The position numbers and the translations under genes are program-made. Below, one piece after another: positions 1 through 10,152 of a DNA stretch of 64,000 nt; the first letter of the stretch is position 1; each line of letters begins with the position of its first letter. The notes under the pieces are model-generated. The model searched no databases. It saw only the letters and a program-made list of their open reading frames with translations, and had not been told where the DNA came from. Source of the stretch: Candidatus Woesearchaeota archaeon (GTDB lineage: Archaea; Nanobdellota; Nanobdellia; Tiddalikarchaeales; Tiddalikarchaeaceae); NCBI GenBank assembly GCA_964457955.1, contig CAYWEY010000004.1:1883-65882 (forward strand), given 5' to 3'.

Positions 1-576
1 TGGCAGGTATTCTCTGGCGAAAGCAAAAATGTGTCTCTGGTCTATACCTCCCCATTGGATGTCTGCATTAAGATATTCTTCATCAAGTGACTGCATTATT
101 GGGTATATTAGTTCAGATACTTTAGGATTTTCCATTCTCGTAACTTCGCTCGCTGCTCTGGTTGCACGATTCACTGTTGCCATTGTACTCATTTTCAGCA
201 CGTCTAATTGGTATTCTTCAGTGAGTTGGAAGTCCGAACCTGTTATGAATGAGGGTTTTTTCTTCCAGGGAAGTGCGAGTTCAATACATTTTTGGGTGAA
301 TTCCGCTCTTTTATCAATTTCTTCCCAAGGCGCTTTCAAGTCATCCATTGCTGCATGAATGTCAGCTATAAGTATTTTTGTTTTTATCCCTGTTTTCTGG
401 AAGTCAAAGACTTTTATTAAAGGTATGATGTGTCCAAGATGGAGTGCTCCTGTTGGTGCTCTTCCTATGTAAGCAGTTATTTTTTTTTTATTTTTTAATT
501 TATTTTTAAGTTCTTCTTCACCAATTATTTCAACAGTGTTTTTTTTAATTAATTCCATTTTTTTAGTAATATTCAT
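1..576 (-). CDS. tyrS: Tyrosyl-tRNA synthetase, N-terminal part (3' end runs off the window start). Not in the supplied ORF track.
   Basis: Reverse-strand translation from ATG (rc of 574-576) reads MNITKKMELIKKNTVEIIGEEELKNKLKNKKKITAYIGRAPTGALHLGHIIPLIKVFDFQ...ILIADIHAAMDD. This contains the class I HIGH motif (HLGH) and matches the archaeal TyrRS N-terminus. The frame stays open to position 1. Confidence 0.8.
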   Translation of the reverse strand, partial: MNITKKMELIKKNTVEIIGEEELKNKLKNKKKITAYIGRAPTGALHLGHIIPLIKVFDFQKTGIKTKILIADIHAAMDDLKAPWEEIDKRAEFTQKCIELALPWKKKPSFITGSDFQLTEEYQLDVLKMSTMATVNRATRAASEVTRMENPKVSELIYPIMQSLDEEYLNADIQWGGIDQRHIFAFAREYLP

Positions 577-615
577 ACTTATTGAGAAGGGATTATTTAT
601 TTTTAATATTTTTTG

Positions 616-1512
616 TTAATTAATATAGTTGGATAATTTTTTAATTAATTTGGGGAGGTTTTTTTTCTTTTTTAGTATGAATCCGCCTCCTTTTCCTCTT
701 CCATTGCCTCCATGCGCTTGGCAGTAACTCACCACATTCATCTTATCTGTTTTTGAAAACACTATTACTGAACCTTTGGGAAAAACAGTCAATGCAATAT
801 CTGCAGAAGAGTACTCGTCCAGAATATATCTTGCTCCTTCCTTCATGTAAAGTATTGGCTCACACTTTGCAGCATAAACACTTAATCCTTTAAATTCTTC
901 AATAATAAGATTCTCATCAATTTTTTTCTTTGCTTCACGTACTATCTTGTCATATTCTCCTGACAGTTTGTTAATCATTGAATGATTAATCTTTCCTTTG
1001 CTTAATGCTTTTGTTATATTATCAAGGTTTTCTTCTTTATTATTTGCCACACTTATTGCTTTCTGTAGTTTAATAGCAGTCAGGTAATACTTATCTTTCT
1101 TCATATTGTAATCAGATGCGCGGGCTATTCTGGTAAGAAGTTCAGAATCCTTATCATTTAATTCCAGTGCTTTTCTTACTAATTCCGCCCCGCATTCATT
1201 TTTTGAAATTTTGTAGTCTTTAAAATATGACAGTATTTCTTCTCCTCCTCTCCAGTCATGATGGTCGTACCATCCTACTAATTCATGCTTGTCTCCAACT
1301 TTTTTGATTATTTTACTGAGTTCTTCAATATTATTCGGCGCAATATCCGCTACAATTACTTTTCCTTTAGGTAGATGGATTAATTTTTCAAACTCTTTAG
1401 TAAGAGAGGGATAATCAACGTAGAAATGAGTGATGTCTTCAAATTTTTTGTGCGCCAGCGCATGGCAGCATAATCCGTCAACATCAATGCCGTGAGCAAC
1501 AAAATAAATCAT
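616..1512 (-). CDS. DHH/DHHA1-family phosphoesterase (NrnA-like)
   Basis: N-terminal H-x-x-D-x-D-G (AHGIDVDG), central DHH (WYDHHDW), and a C-terminal Gly-rich DHHA1-like GGNGRGKGGGF. Confidence 0.5.
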   Translation of the reverse strand: MIYFVAHGIDVDGLCCHALAHKKFEDITHFYVDYPSLTKEFEKLIHLPKGKVIVADIAPNNIEELSKIIKKVGDKHELVGWYDHHDWRGGEEILSYFKDYKISKNECGAELVRKALELNDKDSELLTRIARASDYNMKKDKYYLTAIKLQKAISVANNKEENLDNITKALSKGKINHSMINKLSGEYDKIVREAKKKIDENLIIEEFKGLSVYAAKCEPILYMKEGARYILDEYSSADIALTVFPKGSVIVFSKTDKMNVVSYCQAHGGNGRGKGGGFILKKKKNLPKLIKKLSNYIN

Positions 1513-1582
1513 GAATATTCATTATAGGTAACAGTTTTTTTAACTTTTCCTGTATTTATTTACAATATGGTAAAAAATTAAC

Positions 1583-2368
1583 TTATTTTATCACTAAATC
1601 CACCACTTTCCCCTTCAACCTCTTAAGATTATAATAATAGTATTCACCTTCTTTTTCGTATACTAGTATTTTTCCTTTCACGCACACGATTCTTCCTTCA
1701 CTTAATTTGTTTGTTTTTTTTGGTATGCATGGAACATTATCTAATCCTTTGTAGTATTTTCTTACATCAAAAATTTGTACTGTTTTCAGATTATTTTTTT
1801 CCAGGAATTTTTTCAGTATTTCGCGATTATTTTTTTGAAACATCTTTATTTTTTGTTTTGTGTATATTCTGTCTGTTATTTTTTTTGCTATCTTTGTTTC
1901 TTTCTGTCTTATTTCTTTCCCGTTTCCTGTTCCTAACAAGCAACCATAATCACTTCCCTGTTCTATCCATCTTCTTAAGTATCTTCCGCTCTTTGTTATT
2001 CCTACTTTTAGTTTATTGCCTATTAGTGTTATGTATAAGAAGTGGGGTGTTTTCAGGCATTTCTTTTTTGTCTCTTCATCCGCGTTGCATACGCTCCCGT
2101 CGCATCTTGCGCAAATGTTGAATCCATCCATTTCGTGGCACGTTCTGCACTGGTACCATTTATTTATTTCTTTGTTTTTTGGGCACGGATTCATCTTGTT
2201 ATTATGCCAGAAACCTATGCATTGTCTTCCATATTCTTTCTTTATCCTGAATTCTTTGTTTCTTTTGAGATATATGTATTTTTTTTCTTTTTCTTCTGTT
2301 CTTGCGCTGAGGAATGGTTTTGCTTCTTTGTCAAGTATCCAGAAGTTTCCTGTTAAATGGTATTTCAT
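1583..2368 (-). CDS. Cys-rich hypothetical protein (probable Zn-binding)
   Basis: 261 aa. Cluster CPKNKEINKWYQCRTCHEMDGFNICARCDGSVC. No family recognised. Confidence 0.45.
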   Translation of the reverse strand: MKYHLTGNFWILDKEAKPFLSARTEEKEKKYIYLKRNKEFRIKKEYGRQCIGFWHNNKMNPCPKNKEINKWYQCRTCHEMDGFNICARCDGSVCNADEETKKKCLKTPHFLYITLIGNKLKVGITKSGRYLRRWIEQGSDYGCLLGTGNGKEIRQKETKIAKKITDRIYTKQKIKMFQKNNREILKKFLEKNNLKTVQIFDVRKYYKGLDNVPCIPKKTNKLSEGRIVCVKGKILVYEKEGEYYYYNLKRLKGKVVDLVIK

Positions 2369-2457
2369 TCTTTATTATTATTTTTTTTATTTTATAATCT
2401 TTTTTGATTACTCTTCCCTTATTAATTTATAAATACAGAATTTTTATTTTATTAATC

Positions 2458-3105
2458 ATGTTTAAGATTGTTTTTTTTGACGGTAATGGTGTCATTTATG
2501 ACAGAGATAATAATTATGAATCTGGTTTTTTTAATAAGATTGAGCAAGAGACGGGTTTTAAGAATGTTGAGACTGTTTTTGACATGATTAAGTATGATTG
2601 TATGAAGAATGAGTTTTCAAGAGTTGAGTTATTCAAGATTTTTGTGAAGATTGTTGGTTCTGAAAAGAGTCCTGAAATATTAGATAAGGAGTATGCTGAA
2701 TTAAAAGCAAATAATATTTTTTTGTTGAAGGATTGTGTTCCTGTCCTTAAGTTCTTGAAGAATAATAATATTAAGATAGGTTTGTTGAGTGATGGAATAT
2801 TTAAAAGTGGTGAAAAGAGAGTTTGGCTTAAGAAAATGGGTGTTGCTAAATATTTTGATTATTTGTTTTGTTCAAGGGATTTGGGTTTTACTAAGATTTA
2901 TCCTCAGAATATTAAAAAAGTCTTGAAAGAAGTTGGTGTTGAAAAAAATGAAGTATTATTGGTTGCTCATGAAATGAGTGATTTTCTTGGAGCTCTTCAT
3001 GAAGGAGTCCCAACTTTGTGTATTAATAAGAGTGTTTCAACAGATTATAATGTGGATGGTGTTAGTGAAGTTCCTGACTTTTTGGTTAAAGAGGAATTAT
3101 TGTAG
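2458..3105 (+). CDS. HAD-superfamily hydrolase
   Basis: MFKIVFFDGNGVIYD (HAD motif I-like) at an internal ATG. The track start at 2404 adds an implausible leader of 18 low-complexity residues. Confidence 0.5.
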   Translation: MFKIVFFDGNGVIYDRDNNYESGFFNKIEQETGFKNVETVFDMIKYDCMKNEFSRVELFKIFVKIVGSEKSPEILDKEYAELKANNIFLLKDCVPVLKFLKNNNIKIGLLSDGIFKSGEKRVWLKKMGVAKYFDYLFCSRDLGFTKIYPQNIKKVLKEVGVEKNEVLLVAHEMSDFLGALHEGVPTLCINKSVSTDYNVDGVSEVPDFLVKEELL

Positions 3106-3152
3106 TATTGTAACAATTTATTTTTAAAATACAAATTTTTTATTAGTTATTA

Positions 3153-6100
3153 ATGGTTATTTGTTCAGAGAATTATTTGAATTATATTAATAGTATTGAA
3201 GAAAAGACTCATAAAGCATATAGTGTTGCTGAAACAGCTCGAGCCAAAGGTTTTGATCCTGAGGACAAAGTTGATATTCCTCTTGCTGCTGATGTTGCTG
3301 AACGATGTGTTGAACTTGTGGGTGCTGTTAGTCCTGAAATAATAGGTAAGGGTATTGCTGAGCGTATCCGTGAATTGGAGGAGGAGTATAGTAGCAGTGA
3401 CTGGCGTGTTGCATTCATTATTGGTGCAGAAGTTGCTAAGGAGAAGTTCTGCGAGTTTGAGTCCAAAGAGAAAGCTATTGAGACGGGTGTCAGGATAGGG
3501 CTTGCGTTTATTACTATGGGTGTTACTTGTGCTCCTCTTGAAGGATTTATTGAATTAAGATTGAAGGACAGGAGAGATGGTAAAGGAAAATATTGTGCGG
3601 TTTATTATGCAGGTCCTATCAGGAGTGCTGGAGGAACTGCTTCTGCAGTGAGTGCTTTAATAGCTGATTACGTCAGGAAAGAATGCGGTGTTTTGGATTA
3701 TGACCCTAATCCTAAAGAAGTTAAGCGTTATTTTGCTGAATTACGTGATTATCATGAGAGAGTAAGTCGTCTGCAGTATTTTGGTAATGAGGAGGAGATT
3801 GATTTCTTGGTTAATCATATTCCTGTTGAGTTGAACGGCGACCCCACCTCTCGCAGAGAAGTTAGTAATTATAAGCGTCTTCCTCGTGTTGAAACAGATT
3901 TTATCAGGGGAGGGATGTGTCTGGTTCTTGGTGAAGGAATGTGTTTGAAAGCGAAGAAGATTATTAAGAGGATTAAGGAATGGGGTGAGAGTATGGGTAT
4001 GAATCACTGGTTGTTCATGGAGGATTATATTAAGCTTCAGAAAAAGATTCACAGCAAGTCAGACAGTTCTGATAAAGAAGAGGAGGATGATTCCTGTAAG
4101 GTCAAGCCGAATCATAAATTTATTGAAGAATTAGTTGCTGGCCGTCCAGTATTCACTCATCCAATGGCTCATGGTGGTTTCCGTCTTCGTTACGGCAGGT
4201 GCAGACTAAGTGGGCTTGCAAGTGCGAGCATGCATCCAGCTACTATGCGCATAACTGATGATTTTATTGCTACAGGAGTTCAGTTGAAAGTTGAGCGTCC
4301 TGGAAAAGCATGTGCTATCACTCCTTGTGATACTGTAAGAGGACCGATTGTGAAGTTGAAAAATGGGGATGTGGTTGAAATCAGTGATGAGGAAGATGCT
4401 CTTGAGATTCGCAGGAATATTAAGGAGGTTATTTTTTTAGGGGATATTCTTTTTTGTTATGGTGATTTTGTTGAGAATGGTTCAAATCTTGTTCCTCCTG
4501 GTTATGTTCCTGAATGGTGGATTCTTGAACTTAAAAAAAACATAAGTGATGTTAATAGTTTGAATAAGGAAGTGAATGTTGATTTAGAGGATTTATTTAA
4601 TAATCCTTTATCAACTAAATTGTCTTTATCTGACGCAGCCTTATTGTCTGATAAGACTGGTGCTCCTCTTTATCCTGGTTTTGTTTTTTTCTGGAAGAAT
4701 ATTGAAAATAAGGATTTGAAAAAATTAATCAGTGTTTTAAGCGATTCAGTTATTGAAAAAGATTCTATTGTTATTAAGGATTTGAGTGTTAAGAAAATTC
4801 TGGAGGATTTGTGGGTTGTTCACAAACTTAGTGGAAACAAGATTATGATTGAGGAGGATATTGCCCGTGCTTTACTTCTTAATCTTGGTTATTCTAATAA
4901 TAATGTTTTTGGAAGAGTTGATGATGATAAGAGTGTTTTAGAAAATATTAATTCACTATCAGAGTATGTAATCAAGGATATTGGTGGAGTTTTTGTAGGT
5001 GCTCGGATGGGGCGTCCGGAGAAAGCAAAACTTCGTAAAATGACGGGAAGACCGCATGGTTTGTTTCCTGTAGGAAGAGAAGGAGGTCGTTTAAGGAGTT
5101 TCAATAAGGCTCTTGAGGAAGGCAGGGTTTCTGCTGATTTTCCTTTGTTTTTCTGCAGTAATTGCAAGATTGTAACTGTTTATAGGAAGTGTGAGAATTG
5201 TGGTGAGAAAACAATTAAGTATTATTATTGTCCTAAGTGTGAAAAAATCGGTCCTCAGGAGAATTGCTGCAGTAATTCAGATACTCAGCGTTTCAATAAG
5301 AGAAGTATTTCAATAAAGCATTATGTTGATAATGCTCTTAAGAAGATAAATATGGGTTTTCCTTCATTAGTTAAAGGAGTGAGGGGTGTTATGAACAAGG
5401 ATAAGCTGACTGAAAACTTCACTAAAGTATTGTTGAGGGCGAAAAATAATATTCATGTTAATAAGGACGGAACGGTTCGTTATGATATTATTGAAACCTG
5501 CGTAACTCATTTCAGGCCTAGTGAGATTAATACGAGTGTTGAGAAACTTAATAGTCTTGGTTATACTAAGGATGTTAAAGGCAATCCTTTAAATAGTAGT
5601 GAGCAGTTAGTTGAGTTGAAAGCTCAGGATGTTATACTTCCTGACTGCAGCAAGTCTGAGGATATGAGTTGTGCAGAGATGCTCATTAATACATGCAGTT
5701 TTGTTGATGACGAGCTTGAGTACTTGTATAATCTCCCAAGATTCTATAATATAAGTTCTAAGGATGAATTGGTTGGTGAATTAATAATCAGCATCGCTCC
5801 TCATACTAGTGCAGGGATTATTAGCAGAATAATTGGATTTAGTAAGAGTCAGGGATTTTACGCTCATCCCTACCTTCATGCTGCTTGCAGGCGTAATGCG
5901 GATGGTGATGAGTTAGGACTTATTTTATTACTTGATGGTTTATTGAATTTCAGCAGGCAGTATTTGCCGGACAGGAGGGGTGGAAGAACTATGGATGCGC
6001 CTCTTGTATTGAGTGTCAAGCTTGATCCTTTGGAGATTGATGATGAAGCTTTTAATGTTGATATTGCTAATTATTATCCTTTATCTTTTTATAATGCTGC

Positions 6101-6644
6101 TCTTGAGTGTAAAATGCCGTGGGAAGTGAGTGTTGAGAAAGTGGAGGATAGGTTAGGAACTGATTCACAGTTTGAGGGTTTGGGATTCACTCATGACACA
6201 AAGAGTATGAACAGCGGTCCTTTAATCAGTGCTTACCGCACTCTTGCAAGCATGGATGACAAAGTTAAGGCTCAGATGAATCTTGCGAAGAAATTAAGGG
6301 CTGTGCGCGAAAACCATGTTGCTGAATTAATCATAAACAAGCATTTCATGAAAGATTTGAAGGGCAATCTGAGAAAATTCAGCCAGCAGAGATTCAGGTG
6401 CGTGGACTGCAATAAGAAGTACAGGCGTCCACCATTACTGGGCAAATGCGAGTCTTGCGGGGGAAAAATATTGTTAACTATTCATGAAGGAAGTGTTATT
6501 AAGTATTTTGAACCAAGCATAATGCTCTCAGAAGAGTTTGATATTAATGATTATTTGAAGCAGGATTTGATGATACTCCAGCGCAAACTTGAAGGATTGT
6601 TCGGAAAAGATCCTTATAAACAAGTAAGCCTGAGTGATTTCTAG
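3153..6644 (+). CDS. polC: DNA polymerase II (PolD) large subunit DP2
   Basis: 1163 aa with the conserved DP2 N-terminus and C-terminal Zn fingers (CVDCNKKYRRPPLLGKCESCGG). Archaea-specific D-family polymerase. No intein is evident. Confidence 0.9.
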   Translation: MVICSENYLNYINSIEEKTHKAYSVAETARAKGFDPEDKVDIPLAADVAERCVELVGAVSPEIIGKGIAERIRELEEEYSSSDWRVAFIIGAEVAKEKFCEFESKEKAIETGVRIGLAFITMGVTCAPLEGFIELRLKDRRDGKGKYCAVYYAGPIRSAGGTASAVSALIADYVRKECGVLDYDPNPKEVKRYFAELRDYHERVSRLQYFGNEEEIDFLVNHIPVELNGDPTSRREVSNYKRLPRVETDFIRGGMCLVLGEGMCLKAKKIIKRIKEWGESMGMNHWLFMEDYIKLQKKIHSKSDSSDKEEEDDSCKVKPNHKFIEELVAGRPVFTHPMAHGGFRLRYGRCRLSGLASASMHPATMRITDDFIATGVQLKVERPGKACAITPCDTVRGPIVKLKNGDVVEISDEEDALEIRRNIKEVIFLGDILFCYGDFVENGSNLVPPGYVPEWWILELKKNISDVNSLNKEVNVDLEDLFNNPLSTKLSLSDAALLSDKTGAPLYPGFVFFWKNIENKDLKKLISVLSDSVIEKDSIVIKDLSVKKILEDLWVVHKLSGNKIMIEEDIARALLLNLGYSNNNVFGRVDDDKSVLENINSLSEYVIKDIGGVFVGARMGRPEKAKLRKMTGRPHGLFPVGREGGRLRSFNKALEEGRVSADFPLFFCSNCKIVTVYRKCENCGEKTIKYYYCPKCEKIGPQENCCSNSDTQRFNKRSISIKHYVDNALKKINMGFPSLVKGVRGVMNKDKLTENFTKVLLRAKNNIHVNKDGTVRYDIIETCVTHFRPSEINTSVEKLNSLGYTKDVKGNPLNSSEQLVELKAQDVILPDCSKSEDMSCAEMLINTCSFVDDELEYLYNLPRFYNISSKDELVGELIISIAPHTSAGIISRIIGFSKSQGFYAHPYLHAACRRNADGDELGLILLLDGLLNFSRQYLPDRRGGRTMDAPLVLSVKLDPLEIDDEAFNVDIANYYPLSFYNAALECKMPWEVSVEKVEDRLGTDSQFEGLGFTHDTKSMNSGPLISAYRTLASMDDKVKAQMNLAKKLRAVRENHVAELIINKHFMKDLKGNLRKFSQQRFRCVDCNKKYRRPPLLGKCESCGGKILLTIHEGSVIKYFEPSIMLSEEFDINDYLKQDLMILQRKLEGLFGKDPYKQVSLSDF

Positions 6645-6847
6645 AATTATTAATTAATCGTAATGCATGTAATAACAGTTTCCATTACAATCCCTGCAAC
6701 TCTGTTCCATAATTGCTTGCAGGAGAACTCCAAATAAGTATTTACTGCTTATTGATGAGTTTATCAGAATATTATTTGACTAATTATCTGATAATATATG
6801 GTCCACTTATTTCCAGAATAATAACTGCACAACCAGTCTTCCATAAA

Positions 6848-7474
6848 CTATTTTCTTTTTTTCCCTCTTGTGAAATAATTGGTGAAGTACTTGTTCGGTA
6901 TCTTTATCATTATTAAATAAGCAAACACTATTGTTATTGTCATATCCATTAAGTGATGGAGTAATTCTGGACCTGTAAGGGCAGGAAGTATTCCGCTCAC
7001 ATTTTTTGCTCCAAGAAATACTGCTTCAAGCATATTGTTTAATGGAGTGTTCGTATAGACATAAATATTAATGGGAGCGCTTATTATTGTCGCAATTATA
7101 CTTAGCATTCCTATTGTTGCAAGCACGTCTTTTAATCCGGACTTCTTTGTCAGCCATTTCTTCTGGAATAGTATTCCGCTTGTTATTCCCAGACTCATAT
7201 TTGTTATACTGTACCATCCTGCTAAAGGATTTGTTGTATACATCTGAATAATGTTCGTCAATAATCCTGTTAGTCCTCCAATCAGTGGTCCGGCGAGTAT
7301 TCCTGTAATAATTGTTCCCACACTATTCAGAGGAGTTGATAACCCGAGTCTTAAAGAAATAGTGTTTGTTAAGTAATTAATCAGAATCCCAAGTATTCCT
7401 ATTATTACTCCGCGTCTTGCGGATTCTTCTATTATATTATTTATGAAATTTTTTAGTTTATAATTCAATATCAA
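6848..7474 (-). CDS. Small polytopic membrane protein (ECF-transporter S-component-like)
   Basis: About 5 TM segments. GxxxGxLxGPxxGxxxGLLxN pattern (GTIITGILAGPLIGGLTGLLTNII). Confidence 0.35.
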   Translation of the reverse strand: MILNYKLKNFINNIIEESARRGVIIGILGILINYLTNTISLRLGLSTPLNSVGTIITGILAGPLIGGLTGLLTNIIQMYTTNPLAGWYSITNMSLGITSGILFQKKWLTKKSGLKDVLATIGMLSIIATIISAPINIYVYTNTPLNNMLEAVFLGAKNVSGILPALTGPELLHHLMDMTITIVFAYLIMIKIPNKYFTNYFTRGKKRK

Positions 7475-7498
7475 TATTAGTATAAATTAATATAGTCT

Positions 7499-7693
7499 TT
7501 ATTTAAATTCTTTTTTTATTCTCTTAATTAATTCTTTTCTTTTCAATACAGGTTTTATTCTTAATTCTTCACATATTTTTATTGTTTCAAGGGGTTCAAC
7601 GAATGCTTTTTTAGAATAGTTCAATAGTATTTTATAATCCTGTCCTGTTGCGGGTTCATAAAATATTATTATTTCATGATTCATTGCCAGCAC
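7499..7693 (-). CDS. Small hypothetical protein (64 aa)
   Basis: ORF only; non-repetitive composition. Confidence 0.25.
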   Translation of the reverse strand: MLAMNHEIIIFYEPATGQDYKILLNYSKKAFVEPLETIKICEELRIKPVLKRKELIKRIKKEFK

Positions 7694-7808
7694 GCTTGCT
7701 TAGAAGCATTTTTTTTTGTTGATTTCTTTCTCTGAAACTTGTGAATGCGGCACATTCATCTATGTATTTAAGATTTCTTTAATATTTTTAAATCCTTTTT
7801 TTCCATAT

Positions 7809-8987
7809 TTACAGGTAGAATAGTATTGTTGGTATGACCAGACAACCCAGTAATTGGCTTCTCCTCACATCTTTTTTGATACAGTAATAACCTATTCCAG
7901 TGCTTAATAATAATATGATTATTCCTTTCACTCCCGTAATGTAAGATACAAGAAGTGTTATGAAAATGATTACTCCTTTGCTTAATTTTTCATAATCTAT
8001 CTTATGAATATTTTTTGATATGAATATTGCTGTTTTTTCCAGTATTAATACTCCTATTATACAAGAAGCTACTCCGCTGAATAATAAGATATGATATTCT
8101 TTGTTTGTTACACTTATGATTGTGCTTATTTTCTCAACCACTCCGCTTCTCGCTTTGTTAATACTTATTAGTGCTATGAGGCTTAGTATTGTATCACTAA
8201 TATTTATGCTTGTTATTCCTGTTATCTTCTTCTCTATGCTTGTCTTCTTATTCTTGAACTCCTCCATTATAAGCCCTACTTGGGAAGGAGTGACTGCAGG
8301 TATTAATGCCATTATTATTGAACTTATTATTCCAAGAAAAGTTGTCTTAAGCATCTCCCAAAAATTTATTCTTACAACCACTTGCTTCATTTGTTCAGGT
8401 ATGCTTATCTCATTTTTTATTCCCGTTATTAAACTGCTTATTCCGAAAAGTCCTGTAAGCATTGGCAGGAAAGGATCACTTAATCCAATATTAAAGTTTA
8501 TTATTCCTAACACTCCGCTGGTCAGAAATATTATTAGTGCTGTTTTCTTCTTCTTTTCCTTAATCAATAAATGCAGGCTCATAATGAGCAGGAATATCCA
8601 TGCATAACTCTTGATTGAGTTGTATATTAATGCTATGCTTTCTTTCAGGAGCAACCCTATGCCTGCCAGAATACTTACAGTTATTATGCTTGTGTACCCC
8701 ACTATTCTCATGCCGGCCAAACTCTTCTTATTCATTAATAATTCATGCAAAGGATAAGTTGCCAAACTCTCTCCTTCTTCAGGCAATCCCAAGTAGCATG
8801 CGCTTACGAATTCGAAAATGTTGGAAACAATCAAGCATGAGAAGAGTATTATACTAATATAAATATTATTAACTCCTAAACCAATGAATGACAAACTCGC
8901 TATCGTGTTGGGATGTATTCCAGGAATAATTCCTGTTATTATTCCTAAAAGGACTCCTCCAAGTATTGATAATATGTGATTAATCAT
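7809..8987 (-). CDS. TctA-family (DUF112-like) membrane transporter
   Basis: 392 aa polytopic. N-terminal GGVLLGIITGIIPGIHPNT resembles the TctA GxxPG repeats. Confidence 0.4.
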   Translation of the reverse strand: MINHILSILGGVLLGIITGIIPGIHPNTIASLSFIGLGVNNIYISIILFSCLIVSNIFEFVSACYLGLPEEGESLATYPLHELLMNKKSLAGMRIVGYTSIITVSILAGIGLLLKESIALIYNSIKSYAWIFLLIMSLHLLIKEKKKKTALIIFLTSGVLGIINFNIGLSDPFLPMLTGLFGISSLITGIKNEISIPEQMKQVVVRINFWEMLKTTFLGIISSIIMALIPAVTPSQVGLIMEEFKNKKTSIEKKITGITSINISDTILSLIALISINKARSGVVEKISTIISVTNKEYHILLFSGVASCIIGVLILEKTAIFISKNIHKIDYEKLSKGVIIFITLLVSYITGVKGIIILLLSTGIGYYCIKKDVRRSQLLGCLVIPTILFYL

Positions 8988-9061
8988 ATTAGTGAATTAA
9001 TATTATTAATTTGTTCTATTGGTTTAAAACTTTTTATTCGAATAAAATAAGAAAATAAAGA

Positions 9062-9535
9062 TTAGTTCATTAGTGTTTCTAAGTTGATTGTGTCTTTTTT
9101 TCTGTCAATAATTTCTGCACTAATTATTTTTCCGTTCTCGTCTTTTTCAAATTTGGATTTGACACCGTATTTGTCAAAAATTTCAAGCAGTTTAATTCCT
9201 AATCTGTTCATATATTCTCCTGCCCAATTTCCATAACTCCTTACTCCTACAAATGTTAAACTGGCTAATAACCTGCCTATTCCATTTTTTGTTGGTTGAG
9301 CCCATTCTTCATTTGTTCTAGGATTGTTTGCAGCATTCTCGGGAGTTTGAACATTGTATTTTTCTGCAATTTCTTCTAAAACATTATTAATGTATTCGAA
9401 GTTTTTTCTGTCTTCTTCATCCCCATTTTTTAATGATTTAAGAGATTTATAGAATGTTCCTAAAATATTGCTTTCAAATTCTTCGTACTTGAAATCTGTT
9501 CTAGGCATCTTACCTTTATTATATTTTTCTGTCAT
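9062..9535 (-). CDS. Hypothetical protein
   Basis: 157 aa with diverse composition. No motif recognised. Confidence 0.4.
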   Translation of the reverse strand: MTEKYNKGKMPRTDFKYEEFESNILGTFYKSLKSLKNGDEEDRKNFEYINNVLEEIAEKYNVQTPENAANNPRTNEEWAQPTKNGIGRLLASLTFVGVRSYGNWAGEYMNRLGIKLLEIFDKYGVKSKFEKDENGKIISAEIIDRKKDTINLETLMN

Positions 9536-9753
9536 GATTATTCATAAAGAAAAAAACACATTTATAAATCTTTCCAGTATTCACTACTTCTGAGTGATAT
9601 ATTGATTTTCAAAATTGTATTTGAAAGAAGTCCACTTAAAAAAATCTTCTATCTCCAGGACTTAGCAGAATAATTTCATAATATTCAAATATTTTTCATA
9701 TATGTTCTGTACTGTAATAATAATTATAACAATGTATTGCGATATATATTATT

Positions 9754-10104
9754 GTGGTAAGCGTGGTTGATAGAACTCCTTACAGAATTTTTGGAAAAGT
9801 GAGGGAGGTTGAGGATGTCAGCTATACATTGCTTAAAGGAGTGGATAAGAAGGTGTACCTGAATTGGGTGTTAGTGAATGATTCGGATAAGAAAGTAAGA
9901 GTTAATTTCACTATTAATCCTGATGACAGGGCTTTCAAGTACAAGAAGAGTGTTGTATTGAGTCCTAAAAATTCGTTAGACCACAAATTAGTGGTTAATG
10001 TAGAGAAATTGTCTGATGAGTGGGAGGGTGTTTTAGTACTATCAGCAGAAGATGAGGTTAAGGAAATACCTATGTATTTCAAGAAGAATAAACCAGTTCA
10101 TTAA
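9754..10104 (+). CDS. Hypothetical protein (GTG start)
   Basis: 116 aa beginning at GTG. Non-repetitive. Confidence 0.4.
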   Translation: MVSVVDRTPYRIFGKVREVEDVSYTLLKGVDKKVYLNWVLVNDSDKKVRVNFTINPDDRAFKYKKSVVLSPKNSLDHKLVVNVEKLSDEWEGVLVLSAEDEVKEIPMYFKKNKPVH

Positions 10105-10152
10105 AATTTATGCCAAGGAGTTAGTATCACGGAGTATTGGAGGATGAGAGTT

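Noticed and set aside
29-358. 109-aa plus-strand ORF at the window start
   Set aside because: Antisense shadow of the tyrS coding frame (HLGH-containing TyrRS on the minus strand). The peptide is low-complexity and hydrophobic.
1711-2432. Three overlapping plus-strand ORFs (136, 138 and 104 aa)
   Set aside because: They lie antisense to the Cys-rich gene 1583-2368. They are F/L/S-rich, as expected from reading AT-rich coding DNA backwards.
3209-5167. Minus-strand ORFs 3209-3466, 3741-4052 and 4889-5167
   Set aside because: Embedded antisense within polD, with no independent support.
6713-6916. 67-aa ORF in the polD downstream spacer
   Set aside because: Hydrophobic with random-looking composition. 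It overlaps the 3' end of the convergent membrane-protein gene.
8101-8857. Plus-strand ORFs of 168 and 80 aa
   Set aside because: Antisense to the TctA-like membrane gene. Hydrophobic shadow frames.
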